A stretch of DNA of 64,000 bases from positions 2,656,001 to 2,720,000 of the forward strand of contig CBDBGH010000003.1 in assembly GCA_965205265.1 (NCBI GenBank). Direction: 5' to 3'. The notes beneath the pieces are model-generated. The model made no database searches and was not told the origin of the DNA. It saw nothing but the letters and a program-made list of their open reading frames with translations. Origin of the DNA: Alphaproteobacteria bacterium (GTDB lineage Bacteria > Pseudomonadota > Alphaproteobacteria > Bin95). Position numbers and translations under genes: made by a program. Below are positions 20,464 to 31,421 of this stretch, piece after piece. Within the stretch, counting starts at the first letter, position 1; each line of letters begins with the position of its first letter.

Positions 20464-22379
20464 CCTGACTTCGACGGTTGGGCTGACTTCTGACCGATCT
20501 CGCGTCTGGAGTTTTCAGTAAAGCCAATGAGTTGGCAGTTGCGGTGCGGTCAAGCTGCGTTGTAGTGCCTAGTAAATCTTTGAGACTGTCAATGCCTCCG
20601 CCACGCGCTACACTCCCCCCATGTTCGTGCGCATCAAGACCTCCCCCAACAGCCCGCGACGCTCGGTCCAGATCGTCGAGGCCGTGCGCGACGGCGGCAA
20701 GGTCCGACAGCGCATCGTCCGCCATGTCGGCGTGGCCATGGACGAGGACGAGCTCGAGCGCCTGAGGCAGCTCGGCGAGTACGTCAAGGCGAAGCTGGAG
20801 GACGAGCGTCAGCCGGCATTGTTTGCGCCCGAGAAGATCGCTGAGCAGGCGATCCGTGTCGGCCGCCGGGGGGACGGCAAGGAGGAACTCCCGGTCGACC
20901 TCAAGCAGCTTGAAGAGGAGCAGCGCCTGATCACAGGCATCCACGAGGTCTATGGCGAGATCTACCGGCTGCTGGGCCTCGACGCGCTGCTGCCGCGCTC
21001 GCGCTACCGGGCCTCCCATGACGCGCTGTTCCATGTGGTGATGGCGCGGGTAGCCAACCCCGACAGCAAGCGGGGCAGCGTGCGCCGGCTCGAGGAGGAC
21101 TTCGGCGTGAGTCTTCCGCTCGAGAAGGTCTACCGGATGATGGATCAGCTCGACGCGACGGTGATCGAGCGACTGCGCACGCGCGTCGGCGAGGCGAGCC
21201 GGTCGCTGCTGCCGGAGCCGGTCGCGATCCTCTTCTTCGATTGCACCACGCTCTACTTCGAGACGGCCGCCGAGGACGAGCTTCGCCAGCACGGCTTCAG
21301 CAAGGACGGCAAACACAAGGACTCGCAGGTTCTGCTGGCGCTGATGGTGACGCGCGAAGGGCTGCCGATCAGCTACGAGGTCTTCCCCGGCGCCACCTAC
21401 GAGGGACACAGCATGGTCCCGGTCCTGCAGGACATGCAGCGCCGCCACCAGGTGGAGCGCACGGTATGCGTGGCCGACCGGGGCATGCTGAGCGCCGACA
21501 ACCTCGACGCCATGGACGCCATCGGCGGCGAGTATGTCGTCGGCGCGCGGCTGCGCAAGCTGCCGCTCGCGCTGCTGGGGCAGGTTCTCGACCCCGGGAC
21601 CTATGCCCCGCTGGAGGGCTCACAGGACCGCCGGGTCGGCGAGTGGGAGTACAAGGGCCGTCGCCTGATCGTCGTCTTCTGCCCCCAGCGCGCACGCAAG
21701 GACGCGCACGAGCGCCGCCATCAGGTGGAACGCCTGCTCGACAGGCTGGCCCGCAGCGACAATCCCAGGGAACTGCTCTCCAATCACGGGGCGAAGCGCT
21801 TCATCGCCGTCGAGGGCGACGCACGGCTCACGGTGAACCCGGAGAAGATCGCCGAGGCCGCACGATGGGACGGGCTCACCGGCGTCATCACCAATCTGCG
21901 CGACGCGCGCGTCACCGAAGTGATGGCTCACTACCAGGGGCTCTGGCAGGTCGAGGAGAGCTTCCGGATCACCAAACACGACCTGAAGATACGTCCCATC
22001 TGGCACTGGAACCCGGACCGGATCCGCGCTCACATCGCCATCGCCTTCCTGGCCTTCGCCTGCGTTCGACACCTTGCGTACCGCGTCGCCATCCAGAAGC
22101 GGCGGATGTCCCCGGAGGTCATCCGCTCCGCCCTCGTCCACCGCCAGTGCTCCCTGCTGCGCTGTCGGCAATCGGGCAACCGCTACGTCATCCCCTCGAA
22201 GCCGACACCGGCGGCGGAGCAGATTTACGCAACCATGGGGCTGCCCCTGACGATCACCCCGTATCAACTCGCCTGACCGTCGACGAAGCACGGCTCGAAG
22301 AAATGCCGGATGTAGTGCCTAGCCGAAATGAGAACCAGGCAATATCAACTACTTATGCGAATCAACCGTCGAAGTCAGG
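20464..22379 (+). mobile_element. IS1634-family insertion sequence
   Basis: Perfect 17-bp IRs CCTGACTTCGACGGTTG (20464-20480) and CAACCGTCGAAGTCAGG (22363-22379), long flanking direct repeat, one transposase. Confidence 0.92.
20621..22276 (+). CDS. IS1634-family DDE transposase
   Basis: FFDCTTLYFE, GFSKDGK, VADRGM, YQGLWQVEESFRITK, RPIWHW..RIRAHI. Confidence 0.93.
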   Translation: MFVRIKTSPNSPRRSVQIVEAVRDGGKVRQRIVRHVGVAMDEDELERLRQLGEYVKAKLEDERQPALFAPEKIAEQAIRVGRRGDGKEELPVDLKQLEEEQRLITGIHEVYGEIYRLLGLDALLPRSRYRASHDALFHVVMARVANPDSKRGSVRRLEEDFGVSLPLEKVYRMMDQLDATVIERLRTRVGEASRSLLPEPVAILFFDCTTLYFETAAEDELRQHGFSKDGKHKDSQVLLALMVTREGLPISYEVFPGATYEGHSMVPVLQDMQRRHQVERTVCVADRGMLSADNLDAMDAIGGEYVVGARLRKLPLALLGQVLDPGTYAPLEGSQDRRVGEWEYKGRRLIVVFCPQRARKDAHERRHQVERLLDRLARSDNPRELLSNHGAKRFIAVEGDARLTVNPEKIAEAARWDGLTGVITNLRDARVTEVMAHYQGLWQVEESFRITKHDLKIRPIWHWNPDRIRAHIAIAFLAFACVRHLAYRVAIQKRRMSPEVIRSALVHRQCSLLRCRQSGNRYVIPSKPTPAAEQIYATMGLPLTITPYQLA

Positions 22380-22428
22380 ATATTCTTGCGGAAAGGGCCG
22401 AATACGCCGGTGTGAATTCGGGAGGCCT
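22380..22428 (+). repeat. Right copy of the 49-bp target duplication; contains the narK RBS (GGAGG)
   Basis: Identical to 20415-20463. Confidence 0.95.
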
Positions 22429-22433
22429 CATTC

Positions 22434-23759
22434 ATGCATGACCTGGCGGAAGTCACCGACGGCAAACGCTATCGGGCTCTCGGCCTGAGCACCTTCGCTT
22501 TCACCGTATGTTTCGCCGTCTGGACGATCTTCTCGATCATCGGCGTGGATCTCCAGAAAAAGCTCGGATTCTCGGAAACGGAGTTCGGCATCCTGGTGGC
22601 CACGCCGGTGCTGACCGGCTCAATCAGCCGTATCTTCCTGGGCGTGTGGACCGAACAGTATGGCGGGCGCCTGGTCTTCACCGTGCAAATGCTGGCGACA
22701 GCGGTCGCCTGCTGGCTCCTGTCCGAAGTCGAGACCTACGAGGTGTTCCTGATCGCCGCGCTCGGCGTCGGGCTGGCCGGCGGTTCCTTCATCGTCGGCA
22801 TCGCCTACACCTCGCAATGGTTCGACAAGGACCGCCAGGGCACGGCGCTCGGCATTTTCGGGGTCGGCAATGTCGGCGCGGCGGTCACCAATTTCGGTGC
22901 GCCGTTCCTGGTTCTCGCATTCGGCTGGGAGCAGACCGCGCAGATTTACGCCGTCGTTCTGGCGCTTACCGCGGTGGGTTTCTACGTGCTGGCGAGGCCG
23001 GACCCGTCCGAGGTGGCGCGCAAGCGCGAAGGGCGCAAGCCGGTATCGACCGGAGAACAGCTTGCGCCCCTCAGGAACATGCAGGTCTGGCGCTTCGCCA
23101 CCTACTATTTCTTCGTGTTCGGCGGCTTCGTCGCGCTTGCCTCCTACCTGCCGCGCTTCTATGTCGGCGCTTACGACCTTTCACTCGCGACCGCAGGGAT
23201 GCTGGCGGCGGCTTATTCGATGCCCGGTTCGGTCTTCCGCGCGCTCGGTGGCTGGATGTCGGACAAGTGGGGCGCGCGCTTCGTCATGTATCTGACCTTC
23301 ATCGTGTCGCTCGCCTGCCTGTTCGCGATGAGCTACCCGCGCACCGACTACATCGTGCAGGGCATCGAAGGGCCGATCCGGTTCACCTTCGGGATCGGCC
23401 TGCCGCTCTTCGTTTTCCTCACCGTCCTGCTGGGCTTCGTGATGTCGCTCGGCAAGGCCGCCGTCTACAAGCATATCCCGGTCTACTACCCGCACCATGT
23501 CGGCTCGGTCGGCGGACTGGTCGGCATGATCGGCGGGCTCGGCGGGTTCGTGCTGCCGATCATGTTCGGCATCCTGAACGACTGGTTCGGCGTCTGGACG
23601 AGTTCCTTCATGCTGCTGTTCGCGATCGTATTGGTCAGCACCGTCTGGATGCATGTGGCGATCCGACTGATGGAGCGCCGCCGCCATCCGGCGCTGGCCG
23701 ACGAACGCTACCTCAGCGATGTCCCGGAGGAGCCGCAGCCGCCGCCTGCCAGGGCGTAA
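22434..23759 (+). CDS. narK: NarK1-type nitrate/proton symporter (MFS)
   Basis: FTVCFAVW, GLAGGSF, GTALGIFG.GN.G, GKAAVYKHIP. Confidence 0.93.
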   Translation: MHDLAEVTDGKRYRALGLSTFAFTVCFAVWTIFSIIGVDLQKKLGFSETEFGILVATPVLTGSISRIFLGVWTEQYGGRLVFTVQMLATAVACWLLSEVETYEVFLIAALGVGLAGGSFIVGIAYTSQWFDKDRQGTALGIFGVGNVGAAVTNFGAPFLVLAFGWEQTAQIYAVVLALTAVGFYVLARPDPSEVARKREGRKPVSTGEQLAPLRNMQVWRFATYYFFVFGGFVALASYLPRFYVGAYDLSLATAGMLAAAYSMPGSVFRALGGWMSDKWGARFVMYLTFIVSLACLFAMSYPRTDYIVQGIEGPIRFTFGIGLPLFVFLTVLLGFVMSLGKAAVYKHIPVYYPHHVGSVGGLVGMIGGLGGFVLPIMFGILNDWFGVWTSSFMLLFAIVLVSTVWMHVAIRLMERRRHPALADERYLSDVPEEPQPPPARA

Positions 23760-23811
23760 CGGGCCGCTTCCGCCAGCGGAGGCGCGGGGCCCGGTCGGAA
23801 AAGGGGAAGAG

Positions 23812-25419
23812 ATGGCCAGAAACCTGACGAGATGGGACCCGGAAGACGAGACGTTCTGGAACGCGGAGGGCAAGCGCACCGCCACGCGCAATCTCTGGAT
23901 CTCCATTCCCTGTCTGCTCTGCGGCTTCGCGGTCTGGCTCTACTGGGGGATCATCACCGTCCAGATGATCAACCTGAAGTTCCCCTTCAGCCAGGCGGAG
24001 CTCTTCACCCTTGCCGCCATCGCCGGGCTGAGCGGCGCGACCCTGCGCATCCCCTCTTCCTTCTTCATCCGCATCGCCGGCGGGCGCAACACGATCTTCC
24101 TGACGACAAGCCTGCTCATCATCCCCGCGGCGGGAACCGGCATCCTGCTGCAGGACCCGGAGACGCCGCTCTGGCAGTTCCAGATCATGGCGCTGCTCTC
24201 CGGGTTCGGGGGCGGCAATTTCGCCTCCTCGATGTCCAACATCTCCTTCTTCTTCCCGAAGAACGTGCAGGGCTATTCGCTCGGCATGAACGCCGGGCTC
24301 GGCAATTTCGGCGTCACCACCATGCAGATCCTGGTGCCGCTGGTGATGACGGTGGGCATCTTCGGCGGCTCGGCGCTCATTCTGGAAAACAGCTCCGGCA
24401 CGCTGGTCGGCAAGATTCCGGCAGGCACGGAAACCTATATCCACAATGCCGGCTATATCTGGGTCGCCATCCTGGTGCCGCTCGTGATTGCCGCCTGGTT
24501 CGGCATGAACAACATCACCGCGGAGCATGTCTCGCCCGGCCTCGGCTCCACGGCCGGGGCCTTCGGCAAGGTCCTCGGCATGCTGGCCATCGGCCTCGTC
24601 ACCGCGGCCATCGGGCTCTGGCTCCTGCTGCCGGAGAAGGCCGGCGGCTCCGGGCTGGAGCTCAGCAAGTGGATCGTGCTGCCGCTTGTCATCGCGGCCA
24701 CGGTCTTCGCGCTCAGGCTCATCCCCGGGCCGATACGCCAGAGCCTCGACCAGCAATATGCGATCTTCAGGAACAAGCACACCTGGGCGATGACGGTCAT
24801 CTACACCATGACCTTCGGCTCCTTCATCGGCTACGCCGCCGCCTTCGGCCTCGCGATCAAGGTCGTGTTCGGCTTCCAGCATATCGAGGTGGACGGCGTC
24901 ATGACCCACACGACCGTCAACCCCAACGGGCCGAGCGCGCTGATGTATGCCTGGACCGGCCCCTTCATCGGCGCGCTGATCCGCCCCATCGGCGGCATGA
25001 TCTCCGACCGCCTGGGCGGGGCCCTGGTGACGCAGATTATCTCGGTCGTCATGGTCGTCTGCGCGCTCGGCGTCGCCTATTTCCTGTCGCTCGCCTATGC
25101 GTCGGAAACGCCGGAAGACTATTTCCTGCCGTTCCTGCTCCTGTTCCTGGTGCTGTTCGCCGCCACCGGGATCGGCAACGGCTCGACCTTCCGCACGATC
25201 GCCATCGTCTTCGACAGGGTGCAGGCCGGCCCCGTTCTCGGCTGGACGTCGGCCGTCGCCGCCTACGGGGCCTTCATCATCCCCAAGGTGTTCGGCGAGC
25301 AGATCAAGGCGACGACGCCCGAATATGCGCTTTACGGATTCGCGGCCTTCTACATAGTCTGCATCGGCATCAATTGGTGGTTCTACCTGCGCAAGAACGC
25401 CTATGTGAAGAACCCGTGA
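23812..25419 (+). CDS. narK: NarK2-type nitrate/nitrite antiporter (MFS)
   Basis: [46 protein letters not shown]. Confidence 0.94.
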   Translation: MARNLTRWDPEDETFWNAEGKRTATRNLWISIPCLLCGFAVWLYWGIITVQMINLKFPFSQAELFTLAAIAGLSGATLRIPSSFFIRIAGGRNTIFLTTSLLIIPAAGTGILLQDPETPLWQFQIMALLSGFGGGNFASSMSNISFFFPKNVQGYSLGMNAGLGNFGVTTMQILVPLVMTVGIFGGSALILENSSGTLVGKIPAGTETYIHNAGYIWVAILVPLVIAAWFGMNNITAEHVSPGLGSTAGAFGKVLGMLAIGLVTAAIGLWLLLPEKAGGSGLELSKWIVLPLVIAATVFALRLIPGPIRQSLDQQYAIFRNKHTWAMTVIYTMTFGSFIGYAAAFGLAIKVVFGFQHIEVDGVMTHTTVNPNGPSALMYAWTGPFIGALIRPIGGMISDRLGGALVTQIISVVMVVCALGVAYFLSLAYASETPEDYFLPFLLLFLVLFAATGIGNGSTFRTIAIVFDRVQAGPVLGWTSAVAAYGAFIIPKVFGEQIKATTPEYALYGFAAFYIVCIGINWWFYLRKNAYVKNP

Positions 25420-25432
25420 GGAGACCGGACCG

Positions 25433-28400
25433 ATGAGCCATTTCCTGGACCGGCTGACCTTCTTCCGCAAGACCGTGGACACCTTCGCGGACGGCCACGG
25501 CATCGTCACCAACGAGGACCGCGGCTGGGAGGACGCCTACCGGGCGCGCTGGCAGCACGACAAGGTGGTCCGCTCCACCCACGGCGTGAACTGCACGGGC
25601 TCTTGCAGCTGGCAGATCTATGTCAAGGGCGGGATCATCACCTGGGAGACGCAGCAGACCGATTATCCGCGCACCCGCCCGGACCTGCCGAATCACGAAC
25701 CGCGCGGCTGCTCGCGCGGCGCCAGCTATTCCTGGTACATCTACAGCGCCAACCGGCTGAAATACCCGCTGGTGCGCAGCCGGCTCGTCCGCCACTGGCG
25801 CGAGGCGCGCAGGACCATGGCGCCCGTCGCCGCCTGGGCATCCATCGTCGAGGACGAGGCGAAGCGGCGGGACTACCAGCGGGTGCGGGGGCTCGGCGGC
25901 TTCGTGCGCTCCGACTGAGAGGAAGTGAACGAGATCGTCGCCGCGGCCAACGTCTATACCATCAAGACCCACGGGCCCGACCGCGTCATCGGCTTCTCGC
26001 CCATCCCGGCCATGTCGATGGTCTCCTACGCCGCGGGCTCGCGCTACCTGTCGCTGATCGGCGGCGTGTGCATGAGCTTCTACGATTGGTATTGCGACCT
26101 GCCGCCCTCCAGCCCGCAGACCTGGGGCGAACAGACCGACGTGCCGGAGAGCGCGGACTGGTACAACTCCACCTTCCTGATGATGTGGGGCTCGAACGTG
26201 CCGCAGACGCGCACGCCCGACGCCCATTTCATGACCGAGGTCCGCTACAAGGGCGCGACGACGGTGACGGTGACGCCCGACTACAGCGAGGCATCGAAAT
26301 TCGCCGACATCTGGCTCAACCCCAAGCAAGGGACCGATGCCGCGCTCGCATTGGCGATGGGCCATGTGATCCTCAAGGAATGGCATCTCGCGGGCCGGAG
26401 CCCCTATTTCGAGGACTATTGCCGGCGCTATACCGACATGCCGTTCCTGGTGAGGCTGCGGGAGGCGGATGGCGGGTATGTGCCGGACAGGATGCTGCGC
26501 GCCTCCGACCTGCCCGGCGCTCTGGGCCAGGCCAACAACCCCAAATGGAAGACCGTCGCCATCGACGAGAGGCAGAACGACGCGCTTGTCTGCCCCGTCG
26601 GGTCCATCGGCTTCCGCTGGGGCGAGGCCGGCAAGTGGAACATCGAGGAGAAGGACGGCGGGGACGGCGCGGAGACCCGGCTCAGGCTCAGCCTCATCGA
26701 CATAAGGGACGAAGCCGCACCGGTCGGCTTCCCCTATTTCGGCAATGCAAAGCACGACCATTTCACCGGCACCGACCATGACGACGTGCTGTGGCGCAAC
26801 GTGCCGGTGAAGAAGGTCGACACCGCGGACGGCGAAGTGCCGGTCGCCACGGTCTACGACCTGTTCATCGCCAACTACGGGCTCGACCGCGGACTCGGCG
26901 GGGAAAACACGGCGGCGGGCTATGACGACGACGTGCCCTACACGCCGGCATGGCAGGAGCGCATCACCGGGGTCGCGCGCGACAAGGTCGTCGCGGTCGC
27001 GCGGCAGTTCGCGGACAATGCGCACAAGACCGAGGGCCGCTCGATTGTCATTGTCGGGGCCGCGCTCAACCACTGGTACCATATGGACATGATCTACCGC
27101 AGCATCATCAACATGCTGGTGATGTGCGGGTGCGTCGGCAAGTCGGGCGGCGGCTGGTCGCATTATGTCGGGCAGGAGAAGCTGCGCCCCCAGACCGGCT
27201 GGCTGCCGCTCGCCTTCGCGCTGGACTGGAACCGCCCGCCGCGGCAGATGAACAGCACCTCGTTCTGGTACAGCCACACCGACCAGTGGCGCTACGAGAA
27301 GCTCGCGGTGGACGAGATCGTCTCGCCGCTCGCACCCGAGGGCGACTGGGAATCCCTCAGCCTGATCGACTTCAATGTCCGCTCGGAGCGCATGGGCTGG
27401 CTGCCGTCGGCCCCGCAGCTCGCGACCAACCCGCTGGAGGTGACGCGGGCCGCCGGCGAGGGCGATCCGGTCGCGACGGCCGTCGCCGGGCTCCGGGACG
27501 GCTCGCTGCAAATGTCCTGCGAGGACCCCGACGACCCGAGGAACTGGCCGCGCAACCTGTTCGTCTGGCGTTCCAACCTGCTCGGCTCCAGCGGCAAGGG
27601 CCACGAATATTTCCTGAAACACCTGCTCGGCACCCAGCACGGCGTGCAGGGCAAGGAGCTCGGCGAGACAGGGGACAGGAAACCGGCCGAGGTCGCGTGG
27701 CGCGACGAGGCGCCGGAAGGCAAGCTCGACCTGCTGGTCACGCTCGACTTCCGCATGTCCACCACCTGCCTCTATTCCGACATCGTGCTGCCGACGGCGA
27801 CCTGGTACGAGAAGAACGACCTCAACACCTCCGATATGCACCCCTTCATCCACCCGCTCTCGGCCGCGGTGGACCCGGTATGGGAGTCCCGGAGCGACTG
27901 GGAGATCTTCAAGGGAATCGCAAAGACGTTCTCGGAGGTTGCGGAAGGCGAGCTCGGCGTCGAGCGCGACCTCGTGCTGGCGCCGACGCTCCATGACACG
28001 CCGACGGAACTGGCGCAGCCGACGGAGGTCAGGGACTGGAAGAAGGGCGAGTGCGAGCCCGTCCCCGGCAGGACCATGCCGGGCATGGTCGTGGTCGAAC
28101 GCGACTATCCGAGCACCTACAGGAAATTCACAGCCCTCGGCCCGCTCATGTCCAAAGCGGGCAACGGCGGCAAGGGTATCTCCTGGAACACGGAGGACGA
28201 GGTCGAGTTCCTCAAGCGGCTGAACGGCGAGGTGCGCGAAGAAGGCGTCTCGAAGGGCCTCCCGAAGATCGAGACCGACATCGACGCGACCGAGGTCGTG
28301 CTGGCGCTGGCGCCCGAAACCAACGGACATGTCGCCGTCAAGGCCTGGGCCGCGCTCGGCAAGGCCACCGGGCGCGACCACGAGCATCTGGCGGCGGCGC

Positions 28401-29176
28401 GCGAGGAGGACAAGCTGCGCTTCCGCGACCTGCAGGCGCAGCCGCGCAAGATCATCTCCTCGCCCACATGGTCCGGGGTCGAGGCGGAGCATGTCACCTA
28501 CACCGCTGGCTACACCAATGTGCACGAGCTGATCCCCTGGCGCACGCTCAGCGGCCGCCAGCAGCTCTACCAGGACCACCTCTGGATGCGCGCCTTCGGC
28601 GAGCAGCTCTGCGTCTACAAGCCGCCCGTCGACACCAAAACCATCGAGCCGCTGATCGGCGAGAAGGACAATGGCAGCCCGCAGGTGGTGCTGAACTTCA
28701 TCACCCCGCACCAGAAATGGGGCATCCACAGCACCTATACCGACAACCTGCTGATGCTCACCCTCTCGCGCGGCGGGCCGATCGTCTGGGTGAGCGAGAC
28801 CGACGCCCGCAAGATCGGCGTCGAGGACAATGACTGGATCGAGGCCTACAACGCGAACGGCGCGCTCGTGGCCCGCGCGGTCGTCAGCCAGCGCGTGCCG
28901 GAGGGCATGACCCTGATGTACCACGCCCAGGAGAAGATCGTGAACGTGCCGGCAAGCGAAGTGACCGGCGCGCGCGGCGGCATCCACAACTCCGTCACCC
29001 GCGCAACGGTCAAGCCCACCCATATGGTCGGCGGCTACGCCCAGCAGTCCTACGGCTTCAACTATTACGGCACCGTCGGTTCGAACCGCGACGAATTCGT
29101 GATCGTGCGCAAGATGCAGACGGTGGACTGGAAGGAAGGGCCCTTACGGACCTCGGCGATGGAGGCAGCGGAATGA
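25433..29176 (+). pseudogene. narG: Respiratory nitrate reductase alpha subunit with an in-frame TGA at 25916-25918
   Basis: [33 protein letters not shown]; ORFs 25433..25918 and 25925..29176 share one frame, and the stop falls at the Trp of GGFVRSxWxEV. Confidence 0.9.
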
Positions 29177-30717
29177 AGATACGCGCACAGATCGGCAAGG
29201 TGCTCAACCTCGACAAGTGCATCGGCTGCCACACCTGCTCGGTAACCTGCAAGAACGTCTGGACCAGCCGCGAGGGCATGGAATACGCCTGGTTCAACAA
29301 TGTCGAGACCAAGCCCGGCGTCGGCTATCCCAAAGAGTGGGAGAACCAGGAGGTCTGGAACGGCGGCTGGGTGCGCAAGAAGAACGGCCGCATCGCGCCG
29401 AAGATGGGCGGCAAGCTGCGCATTCTGGCGAAGATTTTCGCCAACCCCGACATGCCGCAGATCGACGACTATTACGAGCCCTTCACCTTCGACTACGAAC
29501 ATCTGCACAACGCGCCGGAGTCCGAAACGGCACCGACGGCGCGCCCGCGTTCGCTCATCAGCGGCGAGCGCATGGAGAAGATCGAGTGGGGGCCGAACTG
29601 GGAGGAAATCCTGGGCGGCGAATTCTCCAAGCGCAGCAGGGACGTGAATTTCGAAGCGGTCGAGAAGGAGGTTTACGGCCAGTTCGAAAACACCTTCATG
29701 ATGTATCTGCCGCGCCTTTGCGAGCACTGCCTGAACCCGACCTGCGTGGCGGCCTGCCCCTCGGGCGCGATCTACAAGCGGGAGGAGGACGGCATCGTCC
29801 TGATCGACCAGGACAAGTGCCGCGGCTGGCGCATGTGCGTCTCGGGCTGCCCCTACAAGAAGATCTATTACAACTGGCGGTCCGGAAAGTCGGAGAAGTG
29901 CATCTTCTGCTACCCGCGCATCGAGGCGGGCCAGCCGACCGTCTGTTCGGAGACCTGCGTCGGGCGTATCCGCTATCTCGGCGTGCTGCTCTACGACGCC
30001 GACCGGATCGAGTCCGCTGCCGCGGCGGAGGACCCCAAGGACCTCTACCAGGCGCAGCTCGACATCTTCCTCGATCCCTTCGATCCGGAGGTCATCCGCC
30101 AGGCGCGCGCCGACGGGGTGCCGCAATCCTGGCTGGACGCGGCGCAGCGCTCCCCCGTTTACCGCATGGCGATGGACTGGAAGGTCGCCTTCCCGCTGCA
30201 CCCGGAGTACCGGACGCTGCCGATGGTCTGGTACGTGCCTCCGCTCTCGCCGATCCAGTCGGCGGCGGAAGCGGGCGCGCTCGGTTCCGAAGGGCTCATC
30301 CCGGACGTCTCGCAGCTGCGCATCCCGCTCCGTTACCTCGCCAACATGCTGACCGCGGGCGACGAGGCGCCGGTGAAGCTCGGCCTGGAGCGGATGCTGG
30401 CGATGCGCGTCTTCATGCGCGCCCGGCATGTCGAGGGCACGCGCGCGCTGGAGGCGCTGGAGCAGGTCGGGCTGACCGAGGCCGCCGTCGAGGACATGTA
30501 CCGGACCATGGCGATCGCCAACTACGAAGACAGGTTCGTGATCCCGACCAGCCACCGCGAATATGCCGAGGAGGCGTTCGACCTCCGGGGCGAATGCGGC
30601 TTCAGCTTCGGCGACGGCTGCAGCGGCGGCGGCGGCAAGCTCGACCTGTTCAGCCACGATGTGCGCGTCGGCCCCTCCGCCGGCGGCAGGTCGGACAGGG
30701 CGGCCGCCGGGCGATGA
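29173..30717 (+). CDS. narH: Nitrate reductase beta subunit
   Basis: MKIRAQIGKVLNLDKCIGCHTC, CEHCLNP.C, CRGWRMC, CIFCYP. Confidence 0.97.
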   Translation: MKIRAQIGKVLNLDKCIGCHTCSVTCKNVWTSREGMEYAWFNNVETKPGVGYPKEWENQEVWNGGWVRKKNGRIAPKMGGKLRILAKIFANPDMPQIDDYYEPFTFDYEHLHNAPESETAPTARPRSLISGERMEKIEWGPNWEEILGGEFSKRSRDVNFEAVEKEVYGQFENTFMMYLPRLCEHCLNPTCVAACPSGAIYKREEDGIVLIDQDKCRGWRMCVSGCPYKKIYYNWRSGKSEKCIFCYPRIEAGQPTVCSETCVGRIRYLGVLLYDADRIESAAAAEDPKDLYQAQLDIFLDPFDPEVIRQARADGVPQSWLDAAQRSPVYRMAMDWKVAFPLHPEYRTLPMVWYVPPLSPIQSAAEAGALGSEGLIPDVSQLRIPLRYLANMLTAGDEAPVKLGLERMLAMRVFMRARHVEGTRALEALEQVGLTEAAVEDMYRTMAIANYEDRFVIPTSHREYAEEAFDLRGECGFSFGDGCSGGGGKLDLFSHDVRVGPSAGGRSDRAAAGR

Positions 30718-31418
30718 TGATCTACCGGGCCCTCGGCGCGCTGCTGCAATACCCGACCCCGGAGCTGGTCGGGGCGGCGGGCGACATCGCGGCGCTGGTC
30801 GAGTGCGAGCGGACGCTGTCGAAATCGACCCGCGCGGCGATAGGCCGGATGGCCGCGAAGCTGACGCTTGAGGAACCGCTGGCCGCCCAAGAGGCCTATG
30901 TCGGCCTGTTCGACCGGTCGCGCAGCCTGTCGCTACACCTGTTCGAGCATATCCACGGCGAGTCCCGCGACCGCGGCCAGGCGATGGTCAATCTCGCGGC
31001 CCATTACGAGGCGCATGGCTACAGCATCGGCGCCAACGAGTTGCCGGACTATCTGCCGCTCTTCCTGGAGTTTCTGTCCCTCGTCGAGCCGAAGGAGGCC
31101 GCCGGGCTGCTCGGGGATGTCGTCCACATCCTCGCCGCCATCCGCGTCCGGCTGGAGCGGCGGGACAGCGACTATGCCGGCGTCTTCAAGGCGCTGGAGG
31201 AATTGGCCGCCCGGAAACCCGACCGGGCTTCGGTGGACTCCCTGCTGCAGCACGACAAGTCCCGGGAAGAGGAAGCGGCGGCGCTCGACAGGGAATGGGA
31301 GGAGGCGCCGGCCTTCGGCGGCGCGCCGGACGGCGGCTGCGTTGCGGCCCGCGACGTCCTCAACCGCATGGCCGAACTGGCGGCCGCCCCGCGCCCGCCC
31401 GGACAAGACGGAGCATGA
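30714..31418 (+). CDS. narJ: Nitrate reductase molybdenum cofactor assembly chaperone
   Basis: LLQYP, YVGLFDRSRSLSLHLFEHIHGESRDRGQAM, ELPDYLPLFLE. Confidence 0.95.
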   Translation: MMIYRALGALLQYPTPELVGAAGDIAALVECERTLSKSTRAAIGRMAAKLTLEEPLAAQEAYVGLFDRSRSLSLHLFEHIHGESRDRGQAMVNLAAHYEAHGYSIGANELPDYLPLFLEFLSLVEPKEAAGLLGDVVHILAAIRVRLERRDSDYAGVFKALEELAARKPDRASVDSLLQHDKSREEEAAALDREWEEAPAFGGAPDGGCVAARDVLNRMAELAAAPRPPGQDGA

Positions 31419-31421
31419 CCC

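Noticed and set aside
22352-22386. Replacement FNR box in the IS1634 right end (CTTAT-GCGA-ATCAA)
   Set aside because: The left half-site is poor and it lies 7 bp closer to the -10 than the native box
25916-25990. Selenocysteine or alternative genetic code at the narG TGA
   Set aside because: The position is a Trp, not a Cys, and TGA is the normal stop for many genes here
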